Shown here in pieces: positions 1 to 9,751 of a DNA stretch of 64,000 nucleotides; the first letter of the stretch is position 1, and each line of letters starts with the position of its first letter. A program made the position numbers and the translations under genes. Origin of the DNA: an uncultured delta proteobacterium (GTDB lineage: Bacteria > Desulfobacterota > Desulfobacteria > Desulfobacterales > JAHEIW01); assembly GCA_963706575.1 (NCBI GenBank), contig CAVPNL010000003.1, forward strand, positions 128,001-192,000, read 5' to 3'. The notes beneath the pieces were generated by a model. It saw only the letters and a program-made list of their open reading frames with translations. It was not told the DNA's origin and ran no database searches.

Positions 1-1241
1 ATCCAGGTGGTGGTGATCAGTACAAAAAAAATAACTGTGGTGATCACGGACAGGGCTATTTTTTTATAATGCCATTTACCGATAAGGAGCGACGCCCCCC
101 AGGTCAGGATTAGAAACAAGCCGATGAACGGGATATAAGAGTAACGATCCGCCATAGCCTGAACCCCCACCTGCACAAGCCCGATGACCGGCACAAGCGT
201 TCCGACATACCAAAACCAGCCGACAAAAAGCCAGGGGAGCCGTTTGCAGTACCGAACAGCCAAAAATGTGATACAACCCAACAGCGCACATCCGGTCAAA
301 ACCTGCCCGGCGGTTATCACTTCCGGATAGGGGTAAAGAATTGCCAGATCATGGGGCCAGATCAGTTTCTGAATATATTTTACATAAGTCACCGCGGCAT
401 TGGCCACGCGCATCGTCAGCGGATGAACGTCCAACAGGCCCAGGGCTTCCCCCTTCTTTTGAGCCATAAATGTCACGCCGCATGATAGGCCGGCAAGTAC
501 AAACAACGGAATTTTCTCATATACCAATTGCAGCAGCGCTAATCCAGGATTCGGTTTGCCGGTATGGTTATTTGTTTGCCCGGCTTTAAATCGATTTAAT
601 GGCCAGTAGTCCAGCAGCAGCAACACAAATGGCAGTGTCACCACCATAGGCTTGGCCATGAGACCCATCGCAAAAAACCCGACGACTGCTAAATAGCGAA
701 CCATCACAGGGCGTTGGACAAAGCGGGCATAGCTCCATATGGTCAAAAGCCAGAAAAAGGTGCTGAGAACGTCCTTGCGTTCAGCCACCCAGGCCACAGA
801 TTCGACATGCAGCGGGTGGAGTGCAAACAGGAGGGCCACGATTCCGCTTTGCCAGACCTGGGCCGTCATCTTCTTGAATATGATAAACAGCAGTAAACTG
901 TTTAATATGTGAAAAAACAAATTGGTCAGATGGTGAGCGCCTGCATTCATGCCAAAGAGTTCGACGTCCAACATATGCGACAGCCATGTAACCGGGTGCC
1001 AGTTGCTGGCATGGATTGAGGTAAAGGCCCAGATGAAGCCTTCCCTGCTCAGCCCCTGACTTACAAAAAGATTTTGAGTCACATATCTATCATCGTCATA
1101 ACCAATAAACTCATGAGTCCATATCTGGCTGTAAACACAAATAGTTGCCACAACAAGAACCGCACACAGGACAAGATCCAGCCGCATTCCGGGTCTTATA
1201 TTCGAATCGATTGTTTTTTTATGGTTTTCCGATCCCATCAT
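1..1241 (-). CDS. TMTC/GT-C-like multi-pass membrane glycosyltransferase, paralogue of 4761-7070; 3' end runs off the window
   Basis: Manual minus-strand translation from ATG 1241: MMGSENHK...VYSQIWTHEFIGYDDDRYVTQN...NWHPVTWLSHMLDV...LHPLHVESVAWVAERKDVLS, the same motifs as 4761-7070. Absent from the ORF track because no stop lies in the window. Confidence 0.8.
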   Translation of the reverse strand, partial: MMGSENHKKTIDSNIRPGMRLDLVLCAVLVVATICVYSQIWTHEFIGYDDDRYVTQNLFVSQGLSREGFIWAFTSIHASNWHPVTWLSHMLDVELFGMNAGAHHLTNLFFHILNSLLLFIIFKKMTAQVWQSGIVALLFALHPLHVESVAWVAERKDVLSTFFWLLTIWSYARFVQRPVMVRYLAVVGFFAMGLMAKPMVVTLPFVLLLLDYWPLNRFKAGQTNNHTGKPNPGLALLQLVYEKIPLFVLAGLSCGVTFMAQKKGEALGLLDVHPLTMRVANAAVTYVKYIQKLIWPHDLAILYPYPEVITAGQVLTGCALLGCITFLAVRYCKRLPWLFVGWFWYVGTLVPVIGLVQVGVQAMADRYSYIPFIGLFLILTWGASLLIGKWHYKKIALSVITTVIFFVLITTTW

Positions 1242-1405
1242 GAATGATACGCGCTTTAATGATTTTAATCGGTTATCAAGAATCTGTTAATTCCAGTCGG
1301 ATAATAACAGTTCTTTTCAAGTATCATACCATAAATTCAATATCTTGGGGCTTGAAATTGTGATAGAAAAGGACATCGGGGCTATTTTCAGATTGTTTTC
1401 TTGGA

Positions 1406-2210
1406 TTATTTTCGCCGGAGAACGATGGTTGCAAACATGGATAACAGATGGTTGAAGGGTTGCAGCCATTTCTCGAACCGCCGGCACAATGGGTAACAGG
1501 CGGCGGGCATTATGCTTTTAAAAACCAACCCCCCCTGACAGCAGATAGCAAAAGGGGGTATGCAAACTGATTTTTTTTACCTGCCATTCAGAGAATCTAT
1601 CTTCAAATTTCCGGCGATCACGATCAAAAACAATCCAGGGCAAAGCTGAATTGGCGCCGGTCAATGGCCCGCCTTTTTGAAAATGCCAGTCCTTAACCTC
1701 GGGGTCAAAAGGTTCGTGGTGCAAATATCGATACACGAATCGAGACCAGGCGGTAACTCAGGGTTCAATCATGATCAGACGGCCACCCGGTTTTAGGATA
1801 TGAGCGGCCTGTGCGAGAAAGGTCGCCGGCCGAGGTATATGATGAAAAACATCAAGCATGACGACCGCACGCACCGATGCATTTTTAAACGGCATGGACT
1901 GGCCATCGAGTTGGATATCAACCGTTGGAATCGCCAGTATTTCCGAGGTGATTAGACCCGGAATATAATCTTTTAAAAACCCGCCGCCAGAGCCGAGTTC
2001 AACAACAGGACCATTGATCTTCCCCGGCAGTAATTCAGATATCGAAATGTAACAGTCTTGATAAAATTGTTTTAAAAAGGGTTTACCCTGGATGATGCTC
2101 GCCCGCCGCAGCGTGTTCTCGGGCGCATCCAGATTAATGTTGCGAGCCGACGGATCAATAAAAATCCGATTCAATTTTTTTCTGCGAAGCATGGTTTTTA
2201 ATTTTTGCAT
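1406..2210 (-). pseudogene. Class I SAM-dependent methyltransferase interrupted by an in-frame TGA (1758-1760) and a +1 frameshift (~1519-1524)
   Basis: VVELGSGGGFLK SAM motif. The frame continues past TGA (IEP*VTAWSRFVYRYLHHEPFDP). Removing one T from the T-run after LLSGGVG gives FKSIMPAACYPLCRRFEKWLQPFNHLLSMFATIVLRRK* ending at 1406. Confidence 0.75.
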
Positions 2211-2226
2211 TGAAATATAAAATCGT

Positions 2227-3090
2227 TCACCTGAGTGATTTCGGCGGGATGGCAATAATATCGGTGGTTGCTCTCAAAGGAATTTGATTGCTAAAATTTT
2301 GAAGCGTTATCTTTTTCCCATTTTTGGCATTAAGCAAGCTGTACCCGAGATTTTCAAAATATTCATAAACCTGCTCAAATTCAATCTGCTGCTCATTCAA
2401 AACATATACGCCTATTTCAAAAACGACAAATGGAAGGTATTTTTTTATTGTTTTACACGCTCCCTTTAGAACCTTATATTCGTGACCGTCAGTATCAATT
2501 TTAATCAGATCGACTCTTTGAATCGCGTTTTCCAGGCAAAAATGATCCAGCGTGACCGCAGGAACCGAATCGGCAGGCTTGATGGTACCACCATGCAAGG
2601 GATGCATATTAGGGGTACTCCCGTCAACCTTCCAACTGGCATAAGCTTTCATTTCATGCATGCGGCTATTTTGATCCGCCAGGAAACACTGGACAGGCGT
2701 TATGCGAGATGCGAATTGGGGATTTAAGGAAATGTTTTTTAGAAGCTTGGCATGGGCATAATCGGTGGGTTCAAAGGCGTAGACATGACCTTTTGACGCC
2801 ACCCTGGCAAATCTAAACGTCATACTGCCGACGTTGGCGCCGACATCTAGAATGACAGCGTCAACAGGTATGGAAAAATATTTATTGCGGGTAACATAAT
2901 CCTGGAAATTCCCAAATACATACAGAGAAAGATCGATGCCTTCGGTCAAATCCACTTCATAAAATACACCTTTTCTCTGGATAACCTGACTGTCTTGGCG
3001 TAAAATCATATGAAACAAAAAATATAGCAGCCTTGCAAGCGCTAACCTCACCCGGGTCATTGGGATTTTCATGAAAAGCGATGTATTCAC
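2227..3090 (-). CDS. FkbM family methyltransferase
   Basis: ILDVGANVGS, VYAFEP and LIKIDTDGHEYKVLKGA motifs. Confidence 0.9.
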   Translation of the reverse strand: MNTSLFMKIPMTRVRLALARLLYFLFHMILRQDSQVIQRKGVFYEVDLTEGIDLSLYVFGNFQDYVTRNKYFSIPVDAVILDVGANVGSMTFRFARVASKGHVYAFEPTDYAHAKLLKNISLNPQFASRITPVQCFLADQNSRMHEMKAYASWKVDGSTPNMHPLHGGTIKPADSVPAVTLDHFCLENAIQRVDLIKIDTDGHEYKVLKGACKTIKKYLPFVVFEIGVYVLNEQQIEFEQVYEYFENLGYSLLNAKNGKKITLQNFSNQIPLRATTDIIAIPPKSLR

Positions 3091-3133
3091 CTGAGCAGTT
3101 ATCCTAGATCCTACAAATTATCCTGGCGGTCTT

Positions 3134-3280
3134 TAGAAGTGGTTTCAAAACCTCAGATCAGGTTCAAGGGCAAGGCGTCAGGCCGATCGGGAAAGCGCAG
3201 CATACATGGGTATGTGAGCATTTACCGGAGGCCTGCAACGCAGCCATTGGGCCTTAGATGGGGTTTTGAAACCACTTCTG
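3134..3280. mobile_element. MITE/REPIN-like hairpin element, complete copy A (~147 bp)
   Basis: Perfect 18-bp terminal inverted repeat AGAAGTGGTTTCAAAACC (3135-3152) / GGTTTTGAAACCACTTCT (3262-3279). Internal sequence is shared with 27816-28023 and 34591-34698. Confidence 0.75.
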
Positions 3281-4755
3281 ATGAATTTAATGCGCCTGGC
3301 CGCAAACAAGACCATCTTCAGCAATAACCAGCCATGTCGCCAACGGTCAATATTAGTATCGCCGTAGGATCGCGAGCGATAGCGAATCGGCATTTCTGAA
3401 ATTTTTAAGTTGAGTTTAGTCGCTCCGAATAAAAGATCGAAATCACCGAAGGGATCAAAATCACCAAAATAGGCGCGATTCTCGGCAATTGTTTCGTAAT
3501 CCCGCTTCCATAGTACCTTGGTCCCGCAAAGTGTGTCATTGATCGGTTGGCCCAGCAACCATGAAAACGTCAGACTGAAAAATTTATTTCCCACCATATT
3601 TAAAAATCGCATCGATTGGTTTTCCATCGGATAAATTAATCGCACGCCGTTGATAAATTCACCTTTGCCGGAAACAAGTGCATCGACAAATCGGCTCAGG
3701 TCTTCGGGAGGAACGGTCATATCCGCATCCAATATTAGGAGAATATCGCCTTTGGCCTCGTCAAAACCCATTCGCACTGCATCCCCTTTACCCCGACCGG
3801 ATTGTTGCAGCAATTTACACTTTCGATCGCTGAATCGCTCAATCGCCCGTTCGATGGTCGCATAAGTTTGATCTTTGGAATGGCCTTCAACAAAAAGAAT
3901 TTCGGTTTCCTTGCCGAGTTGGGGAACCCGTTTCAATATAGTTTCGATATTACCGGCCTCATTTCTTGCAGGCACAATAACGGAAACCGTAACGGCGTCG
4001 GCAGATACAGATTGGGCCTCACTCGGAGTTGGTCGAGCAACGGCAACGTTGGTCAATGCAAACCAGCTCAACGGGATAAAATTAACAAGATAGCGGTTTG
4101 CCAGGCTTGATAGAAAATGAATCGGCAGCGGGAAAAGAATCAGCGGTCTGGAATTTATAATCTCGAAGCCGGCAAGTTCCAGCAAGTTATAAATATCATG
4201 CGGTGAAAACCAATTTTGCTCCAATGTATCAAAACCCAGATTCAACCATTTGGCGATGGTAAGCGGCATGCGCCAGAGGTTGTTGAAGAAATTTAATATC
4301 AAGCGCGTTCCGGGATGGGTAAAACGGCGCAATTCTTGTAACATGCCTTGCACGTCCCAAAGATCATTCACAAGGTCCGAAAGAATAATAACATCAAAAT
4401 TTCCTTCAAGCGGTAGATCATGTGCATCGGCCTGAATAAAAGACAGGTTTTCGTGTTTAGCGGCCGCAGATCGGATCATCTCTGCCGAAAAATCAATACC
4501 CACTCCCAAAGCGGGCTCCAGGGCAGCCAGCAGGTCCCCATGACCGCAGCCAACTTCCAGGATTTTCATTCCCGGTGGGATAAGAAACCGGTAATAATAT
4601 CGCAGCAGCTTATGGTAAAAAGCGCCCGGTCGATTCGCGTTTGCCTTTTTTGCAGATACACGGTCCCAGTGAGCCATGCGTTCTTTTTGATAACGCGGCC
4701 TCCAGGGATCCGTGGATTCCTTGTGTGAGATGCTTACGGCTGTCGCAGTTGGCAC
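3178..4755 (-). CDS. Bifunctional class I SAM methyltransferase / GT2 (polyprenol-phosphate glycosyltransferase-like); last ~33 aa are encoded by the hairpin element
   Basis: ILEVGCGHGDLL in the N-half; VIVPARNEAGNI, GKGDAVRMG, ILDADMT (DxD) and DTLCGTK in the C-half. Confidence 0.9.
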   Translation of the reverse strand: MPTATAVSISHKESTDPWRPRYQKERMAHWDRVSAKKANANRPGAFYHKLLRYYYRFLIPPGMKILEVGCGHGDLLAALEPALGVGIDFSAEMIRSAAAKHENLSFIQADAHDLPLEGNFDVIILSDLVNDLWDVQGMLQELRRFTHPGTRLILNFFNNLWRMPLTIAKWLNLGFDTLEQNWFSPHDIYNLLELAGFEIINSRPLILFPLPIHFLSSLANRYLVNFIPLSWFALTNVAVARPTPSEAQSVSADAVTVSVIVPARNEAGNIETILKRVPQLGKETEILFVEGHSKDQTYATIERAIERFSDRKCKLLQQSGRGKGDAVRMGFDEAKGDILLILDADMTVPPEDLSRFVDALVSGKGEFINGVRLIYPMENQSMRFLNMVGNKFFSLTFSWLLGQPINDTLCGTKVLWKRDYETIAENRAYFGDFDPFGDFDLLFGATKLNLKISEMPIRYRSRSYGDTNIDRWRHGWLLLKMVLFAARRIKFIRSGFKTPSKAQWLRCRPPVNAHIPMYAALSRSA

Positions 4756-4760
4756 CAGTT

Positions 4761-7070
4761 TTACCCCTTAAGCCTTGGTTGAAAATTGTCATCATCTCTT
4801 ATGAGATCCAGATCCGAATCGGTTTCGATCAATTCCCAGCGGTCAAAGCCTTTCGCGATTGCCTGATTCAGCCAGCTGATGCCTTGTCGGATCTGTCCTT
4901 TTCTTGAGTAGATACAGGCGATATGATAATCGGCTTCAGCGCTCTGCGGCTTAATCTCACTGATGCGCCGGAATAAATCCAGTTTCTGCTCATATTTTCG
5001 CTTTACCTCCAGAACATTGGCAATCTTGTTTTGATCAAATTCAGTAAATCCGGGCTGAAAGGATAATGTCTTCTGAAGCTGTTTAAGAGCTTCCTCTAAT
5101 TTTTCCTTCTTTTCCAGCAGCGTGATCACCTTAACCTCCAGATCTTGCGTCTGAAAATTAAACTTCAAGGCCTCCCGCATACCGCTGACCGCTTGATCAA
5201 TCCGTTCAAAGAGGGACTGCGCTAATTTCAAATTTTTCTGGCCGTCCCTAAAGGATGGTCTGGTGTGCGTGGCTTTACGAAAACAAAGAATAGCTTCCTC
5301 GATCTTTCCTGTTTGCATTAATGCCAGGCCCAGGCCATTGTATGACTCGGCAAAAAGCGGATTAATCTGCACCGCTTTTGAATAACGGCTGATCGCCGCG
5401 TCGGTTTCGCCCTGCGTCAGTAGTAAATTCCCCAGATTATAATTCGCCTGCGCGAAATCCGGGTCCACCCGTAATGCCTCAAAATAATGACGACTCGCCT
5501 CAGCAGTTTTACCCAGCCTGGCAAGTGCCGCGCCCAAATTGACATGCGCGTCGGCATAATCAGGATTAATGCGAATGGCCTCATGATAGTGCTCAATCGC
5601 TTCTTGAAGACTTCCCATGGAAGTCAGGGCGATTGCCAGATTGCAGTGGACCCCTTCAGGTTCCGGCGGCTCGAGTTCCAGGGCATGTTGATAGTGCCAG
5701 ATCGCCTCACTGCTCCTGCCCTGCGCATTCAGTGCGTTTGCCAGGTTGTTATGCATAGTCCAGGTCCCTCCCGTCGCCTTTATGCCGTGTTCAAAAAGCG
5801 CTACACTATCACGCCAGTGGCTTATTTGGAGGAAGCTGAGAATTAGCAGCGCCGTCAAAACGCTCCCGGACAGGCAACCCAACACAACACGCCGGTATCG
5901 CCAGCGGTTGACAATTTCTGCAACGCCCCAGGCCAACATGATAAACAGCCCGATCTCGGGCACATAGGCCCAGCGATCGGCCATCTCCGGCCACAGTCCC
6001 GCCTGAACGATACCGATTACCGGAATTATCGTGCCCAGATACCACAGCCATCCAACTGCCAGATATGGTTTCTGCTTCAGGTTGCCAAATGCATAAATAG
6101 AAACGATAACCAGAAGTGCGAACGCAGCCAGAGGCTGCCACAGCGGAATTTGCTCCGGAAAGGGATAATAGATTGCCAGATGAGAAGGCCAAATGAGTTT
6201 GCCGATATATTTCACATAGGCTACCAGGCCGTTCGCCAACCGGAGCTTCATCGGCAGATCTTCCAACGATATCACATTGCGCATGCCCGCAACCGATGCC
6301 GAGGACACAACCACAGAAAGCCCAGATAAAATGAATAACGGCAGTTTTTCAAATATTAAGCGCAAGACGCCGGCCGGAGGGAAAAAGCCCGTTCTTTGCA
6401 AAGCGATACGCTTTAGCGGCCAGAAATCCAACAACAAGAGTACAAATGGCAGCGTTACCAGCATAGGCTTGGCCAAAAGACCCAATCCAAAAACGAATAA
6501 GACCACCAGATATCGCAAAATTCCGGGCCGGTGATGATAGCCCGCATAAAGCAGAAGCGTCAGCATCCAAAAAAAGGTGCTGAGCACATTCTTGCGTTCT
6601 GCGACCCAGGCAACCGATTCTACATTGATGGGATGCAAGGCGAACAAAGCTGCCACAAAAGCACTGCGCCAGAGTGCACCGGTCATTCGATTAAAGGTTA
6701 AAAACAACAGCATCGTCGAAATAATATGAAAAAAAACATTGCTCAGATGATGGCGGCCGGCGTCCATTCCATAAAGCGAGACATCCAGCATATGCGAAAG
6801 CCAGGTGATCGGATGCCAATAGTTTCCATCTTTGAGCGCAAAACTGAAAGCCCAGCTCAAGCTTGCCGGGTTTACGCCAGACCGCACAAATGAGTTTTCA
6901 GTAATATAGGTACTATCATCGAAATTGATAAATTCATAATGGCGCACCTTCCCGTAAATCGCCAATATTGACAATATAAGGAGCAGGCAAACGACGAATC
7001 TGGGGTCTATTGCGAAAATGGAAGTTCGCGGTTTTCTCATTTTAACCTTGGGTAAATATATATTTCTCAA
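4761..7070 (-). CDS. TMTC-like (GT-C fold) membrane protein with C-terminal TPR array (alternative start ATG 7040)
   Basis: N-terminal TM followed by FINFDD, HPINVESVAWVAERKNVLS, MADRWAY, many TM segments, then repeated TPR motifs (HNNLANAL, HVNLGAAL, NYNLGNLL). Confidence 0.85.
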   Translation of the reverse strand: MRNIYLPKVKMRKPRTSIFAIDPRFVVCLLLILSILAIYGKVRHYEFINFDDSTYITENSFVRSGVNPASLSWAFSFALKDGNYWHPITWLSHMLDVSLYGMDAGRHHLSNVFFHIISTMLLFLTFNRMTGALWRSAFVAALFALHPINVESVAWVAERKNVLSTFFWMLTLLLYAGYHHRPGILRYLVVLFVFGLGLLAKPMLVTLPFVLLLLDFWPLKRIALQRTGFFPPAGVLRLIFEKLPLFILSGLSVVVSSASVAGMRNVISLEDLPMKLRLANGLVAYVKYIGKLIWPSHLAIYYPFPEQIPLWQPLAAFALLVIVSIYAFGNLKQKPYLAVGWLWYLGTIIPVIGIVQAGLWPEMADRWAYVPEIGLFIMLAWGVAEIVNRWRYRRVVLGCLSGSVLTALLILSFLQISHWRDSVALFEHGIKATGGTWTMHNNLANALNAQGRSSEAIWHYQHALELEPPEPEGVHCNLAIALTSMGSLQEAIEHYHEAIRINPDYADAHVNLGAALARLGKTAEASRHYFEALRVDPDFAQANYNLGNLLLTQGETDAAISRYSKAVQINPLFAESYNGLGLALMQTGKIEEAILCFRKATHTRPSFRDGQKNLKLAQSLFERIDQAVSGMREALKFNFQTQDLEVKVITLLEKKEKLEEALKQLQKTLSFQPGFTEFDQNKIANVLEVKRKYEQKLDLFRRISEIKPQSAEADYHIACIYSRKGQIRQGISWLNQAIAKGFDRWELIETDSDLDLIRDDDNFQPRLKG

Positions 7071-7354
7071 AACACGTTGGGTTGCGGTGGTGATATTAAA
7101 ACATTATATCATGGATTCCATGACTGAAATTTAATTTTTTCGATTTTGGCGCCTTGATGTAAGACCACAGCTAAATTATTATTAAATTCGGGGTCGTCAG
7201 ACAGATAAACAGTTCCCGGAGGACTTTGGACAATCCTTTGCTGAGAATTTTAATTCGAATCATTTAGAATGGATTAGAAAAAGGATCTTAAGGAATATCG
7301 GTAAAAGAAACTCACGGTGATGGTCTAAACTGGGATTATGATATCATCTTTTAT

Positions 7355-7392
7355 AAAAAACAGCAGGGGGGATTTGCATCCCCCCCGTTGTT
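7355..7392 (-). terminator. Intrinsic terminator downstream of pilA
   Basis: GC-rich stem (GGGGGGAT/ATCCCCCC) followed by a T6 run on the minus strand. Confidence 0.75.
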
Positions 7393-7454
7393 CTGTGCTT
7401 CGGTTTTTAAATTAAGTCAGAAAATTTCTTCTTTGGTTCACCATTATCCAGGAA

Positions 7455-7889
7455 TTAATCCATAGCCTTGGTATACGCATGGCCACCAGCGACCCATTTG
7501 TTCGCAGTGCCGGAAGCTGCGCTGGCAGTGGTATAATCTGTCGGACATCTGCCGGCTGCTTCTGTGACCGTAATGGTAATAGTTCCGTCGACGGTTCCGG
7601 CTATACTAACCGTATTCTGACCACCTTTGTCGGTCAGCGTAAAGCCCAAATACTGCGAGTTCCCAGCTGCGGGTGGCAGGATGGTATTTTCCGGAATCGC
7701 AAAATAATCGGAAATCGCGGCCGCAACGTTGTTGGCGTCTGATTCGGCCGAATTACAATAGGACTTGTTACGATAGGCAATAAAGTTCGGAATGGCAATT
7801 GCCGCCAGGACACCGATGATGGCGATAACAATCATCAGCTCGATAAGTGTAAAACCTTTTGAATTGTTTCCTCTTAGTTTCTGTAACAT
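7455..7889 (-). CDS. pilA: Type IVa major pilin
   Basis: Class III signal KG|FTLIELMIVIAIIGVLAAIAIPNF with E5; strong SD GGGAGG; adjacent to pilR. Confidence 0.95.
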   Translation of the reverse strand: MLQKLRGNNSKGFTLIELMIVIAIIGVLAAIAIPNFIAYRNKSYCNSAESDANNVAAAISDYFAIPENTILPPAAGNSQYLGFTLTDKGGQNTVSIAGTVDGTITITVTEAAGRCPTDYTTASAASGTANKWVAGGHAYTKAMD

Positions 7890-8028
7890 GTAAAACCTCC
7901 CTTGTGTTTGATGTTTTTTATATTGTTATTTAAGATTAACGAATAGGCTGAATTGTTTTTCCTGTCTTCGCTTGGTTATTCTGACCCCACCCCCTTTTTA
8001 ATTCATCAAAATGTTTGGCGTATAGTAA

Positions 8029-8044
8029 AGCAAAAGCTGTGCCA
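8029..8044 (-). promoter_or_regulatory. Sigma54 (-24/-12) promoter of pilA
   Basis: Minus strand reads TGGCACAGCTTTTGCT, matching the consensus TGGCAC-N5-TTGCW, ~140 bp upstream of pilA. Confidence 0.9.
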
Positions 8045-8170
8045 TGATAAATTTTACTTCAAAAAAATTATATATTATTGGAATCATTATAGATAAATTT
8101 AAACCACACAAATGCCTGCAACGAATTGATCTGTCAAAAATTGCTTGTTTACCAATAATGGGCTACCCAT

Positions 8171-8185
8171 TGACAAAATTTGTCA
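8171..8185. promoter_or_regulatory. Candidate PilR upstream activator site
   Basis: Palindrome TGACAAA-A-TTTGTCA ~130 bp upstream of the sigma54 site; related TGTCAAAAATT at ~8132. Confidence 0.5.
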
Positions 8186-8339
8186 TCTAAATCCGGTGGC
8201 GGTCTTTCTCCCGGAACTGCCCCTTACCACCAAGTATCGGTTAATTTCAGGAATTCAATAGGAAAATTTTAGTTGGAATTTCTATAGGAGGGATGTATTG
8301 CGCGGTCAGCCGGCGACGGATAAATCATAACATTCTGAT

Positions 8340-9734
8340 TTACTTGTCTATCCCGAGTTTGTCGAGACGGTACCGCAGGGAGCGAAAGCTGATTCCGAGT
8401 AATTCGGAAGCTTTATTTTTATTGCCGTTGCTGCAGTCCAGCGCTTTTTTCAGGTATCCACGCTCAATTTCTTCCAGAATTGAATCCAGCGCAACCCCCC
8501 GGGCAACCTCATCCAGATCAAAGCGGCGATCTTTAAATCCCTCGATCCAGCGGCGCTTGTGAAGCGAAAGGGCCAGGCTGTCCGGCAAAATGATGTTGGT
8601 GGTGGAAAGCGCCACACTGCGTTCGAGTAAATTTTCAAGTTCCCGAATATTGCCTGGAAAGTCATACTTTTTAAGCAAATCAAGCGCATAGGATGAAAAC
8701 TTGGTAATTTCCTTGCCCATTTCTTTTGAGTATTTTTCGAGAAAATGCTGGGCCAATGCCCGCAGGTCGGTCTTGCGCTCTCTGAGCGTCGGCACTTTGA
8801 TTTCAATCACATTGAGGCGGTAAAAAAGATCTTCCCGAAAATTGCCGGCAATCACCTCTTTTTCCAGACTTTTATTGGTCGCTGAAATAATGCGGATATC
8901 AACTGAAATATCCTCATTGCCGCCCACCGGCATAAACACTTTTTCCTGGACCGCTCGCAGCAATTTGACCTGGATGGGCAGGCTCAATTCGCCGATTTCA
9001 TCCAGAAAAACAGTCCCTTTATGCGCGATCTCAAACAGCCCCTTTTTATCATGGGTGGCTCCGGTAAACGCCCCTTTTTTATGTCCGAACAGCTCGCTTT
9101 CCATGAGGGTTTCCGGGATGCCGCCGCAGTTGATGACCATAAAGGGCTGCTCATTGCGTTTACTTTCCTGATGAATGGCCTTGGCAATGACCTCTTTGCC
9201 GGTACCGCTCTCTCCGGTAATCAGGACATTGGTTTTGGTCTCCGCCACCTGTTCGATCAATTTATAGATATGGCGCATGGCCGGACTGCTGCCCACGATC
9301 ATGCCATAATGCAGGCTTTGTTTCAGCTCGTCATCCAGTTGCTTTTTTTCATGCTCGATGGTTCTTAATTTCAGCGCCTTGGCAATCGTGGCCAGCAGTT
9401 CATCCTTGTCAAAGGGCTTGGGAACATAGTCATATGCGCCTTCATTCATCGCTTCGACGGCGGTTTCGGTGGTGGCATAGGCGGATATCATGATAACCAC
9501 ATTATCCGGATGTTGCTGCTTGGCAGCGCGCAAAACATCGAGCCCGGTGATATCGCCCAGCCGGATATCGCACAGCAAAAGATCAAAATGATATTGTTCC
9601 AGCAGGCTGATGGCCTCCCGCCCGGATTGGGCACAGGAAACTTTATAATTTTCTCTTGTCAGCATGTATTCAAGTAATTCGCGCATGCTGAGTTCATCAT
9701 CGACTACCAGAATATGGGGAGAATTTGTCGTCAT
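8340..9734 (-). CDS. pilR: Sigma54-dependent response regulator (REC-AAA-Fis HTH), PilR
   Basis: LVVDDE receiver, GESGTGKE, GAFTGA, FLDEIGE and a C-terminal Fis HTH; directly upstream of sigma54-driven pilA. Confidence 0.88.
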   Translation of the reverse strand: MTTNSPHILVVDDELSMRELLEYMLTRENYKVSCAQSGREAISLLEQYHFDLLLCDIRLGDITGLDVLRAAKQQHPDNVVIMISAYATTETAVEAMNEGAYDYVPKPFDKDELLATIAKALKLRTIEHEKKQLDDELKQSLHYGMIVGSSPAMRHIYKLIEQVAETKTNVLITGESGTGKEVIAKAIHQESKRNEQPFMVINCGGIPETLMESELFGHKKGAFTGATHDKKGLFEIAHKGTVFLDEIGELSLPIQVKLLRAVQEKVFMPVGGNEDISVDIRIISATNKSLEKEVIAGNFREDLFYRLNVIEIKVPTLRERKTDLRALAQHFLEKYSKEMGKEITKFSSYALDLLKKYDFPGNIRELENLLERSVALSTTNIILPDSLALSLHKRRWIEGFKDRRFDLDEVARGVALDSILEEIERGYLKKALDCSNGNKNKASELLGISFRSLRYRLDKLGIDK

Positions 9735-9751
9735 AATTGTTCCCGGGTTCT

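Noticed and set aside
1758..1760. In-frame TGA as selenocysteine (tRNA-Sec is present and a short TCGAT/ATCGA hairpin follows)
   Set aside because: The context (IEP*VT) fits a Trp position rather than a catalytic Cys, the hairpin is only 5 bp, and the gene has a second lesion
7455..7889. Electrically conductive e-pilin
   Set aside because: Only 11 of 132 mature residues are F/Y/W (~8%), with a 35-residue aromatic-free gap (72-106); conductivity cannot be inferred from this
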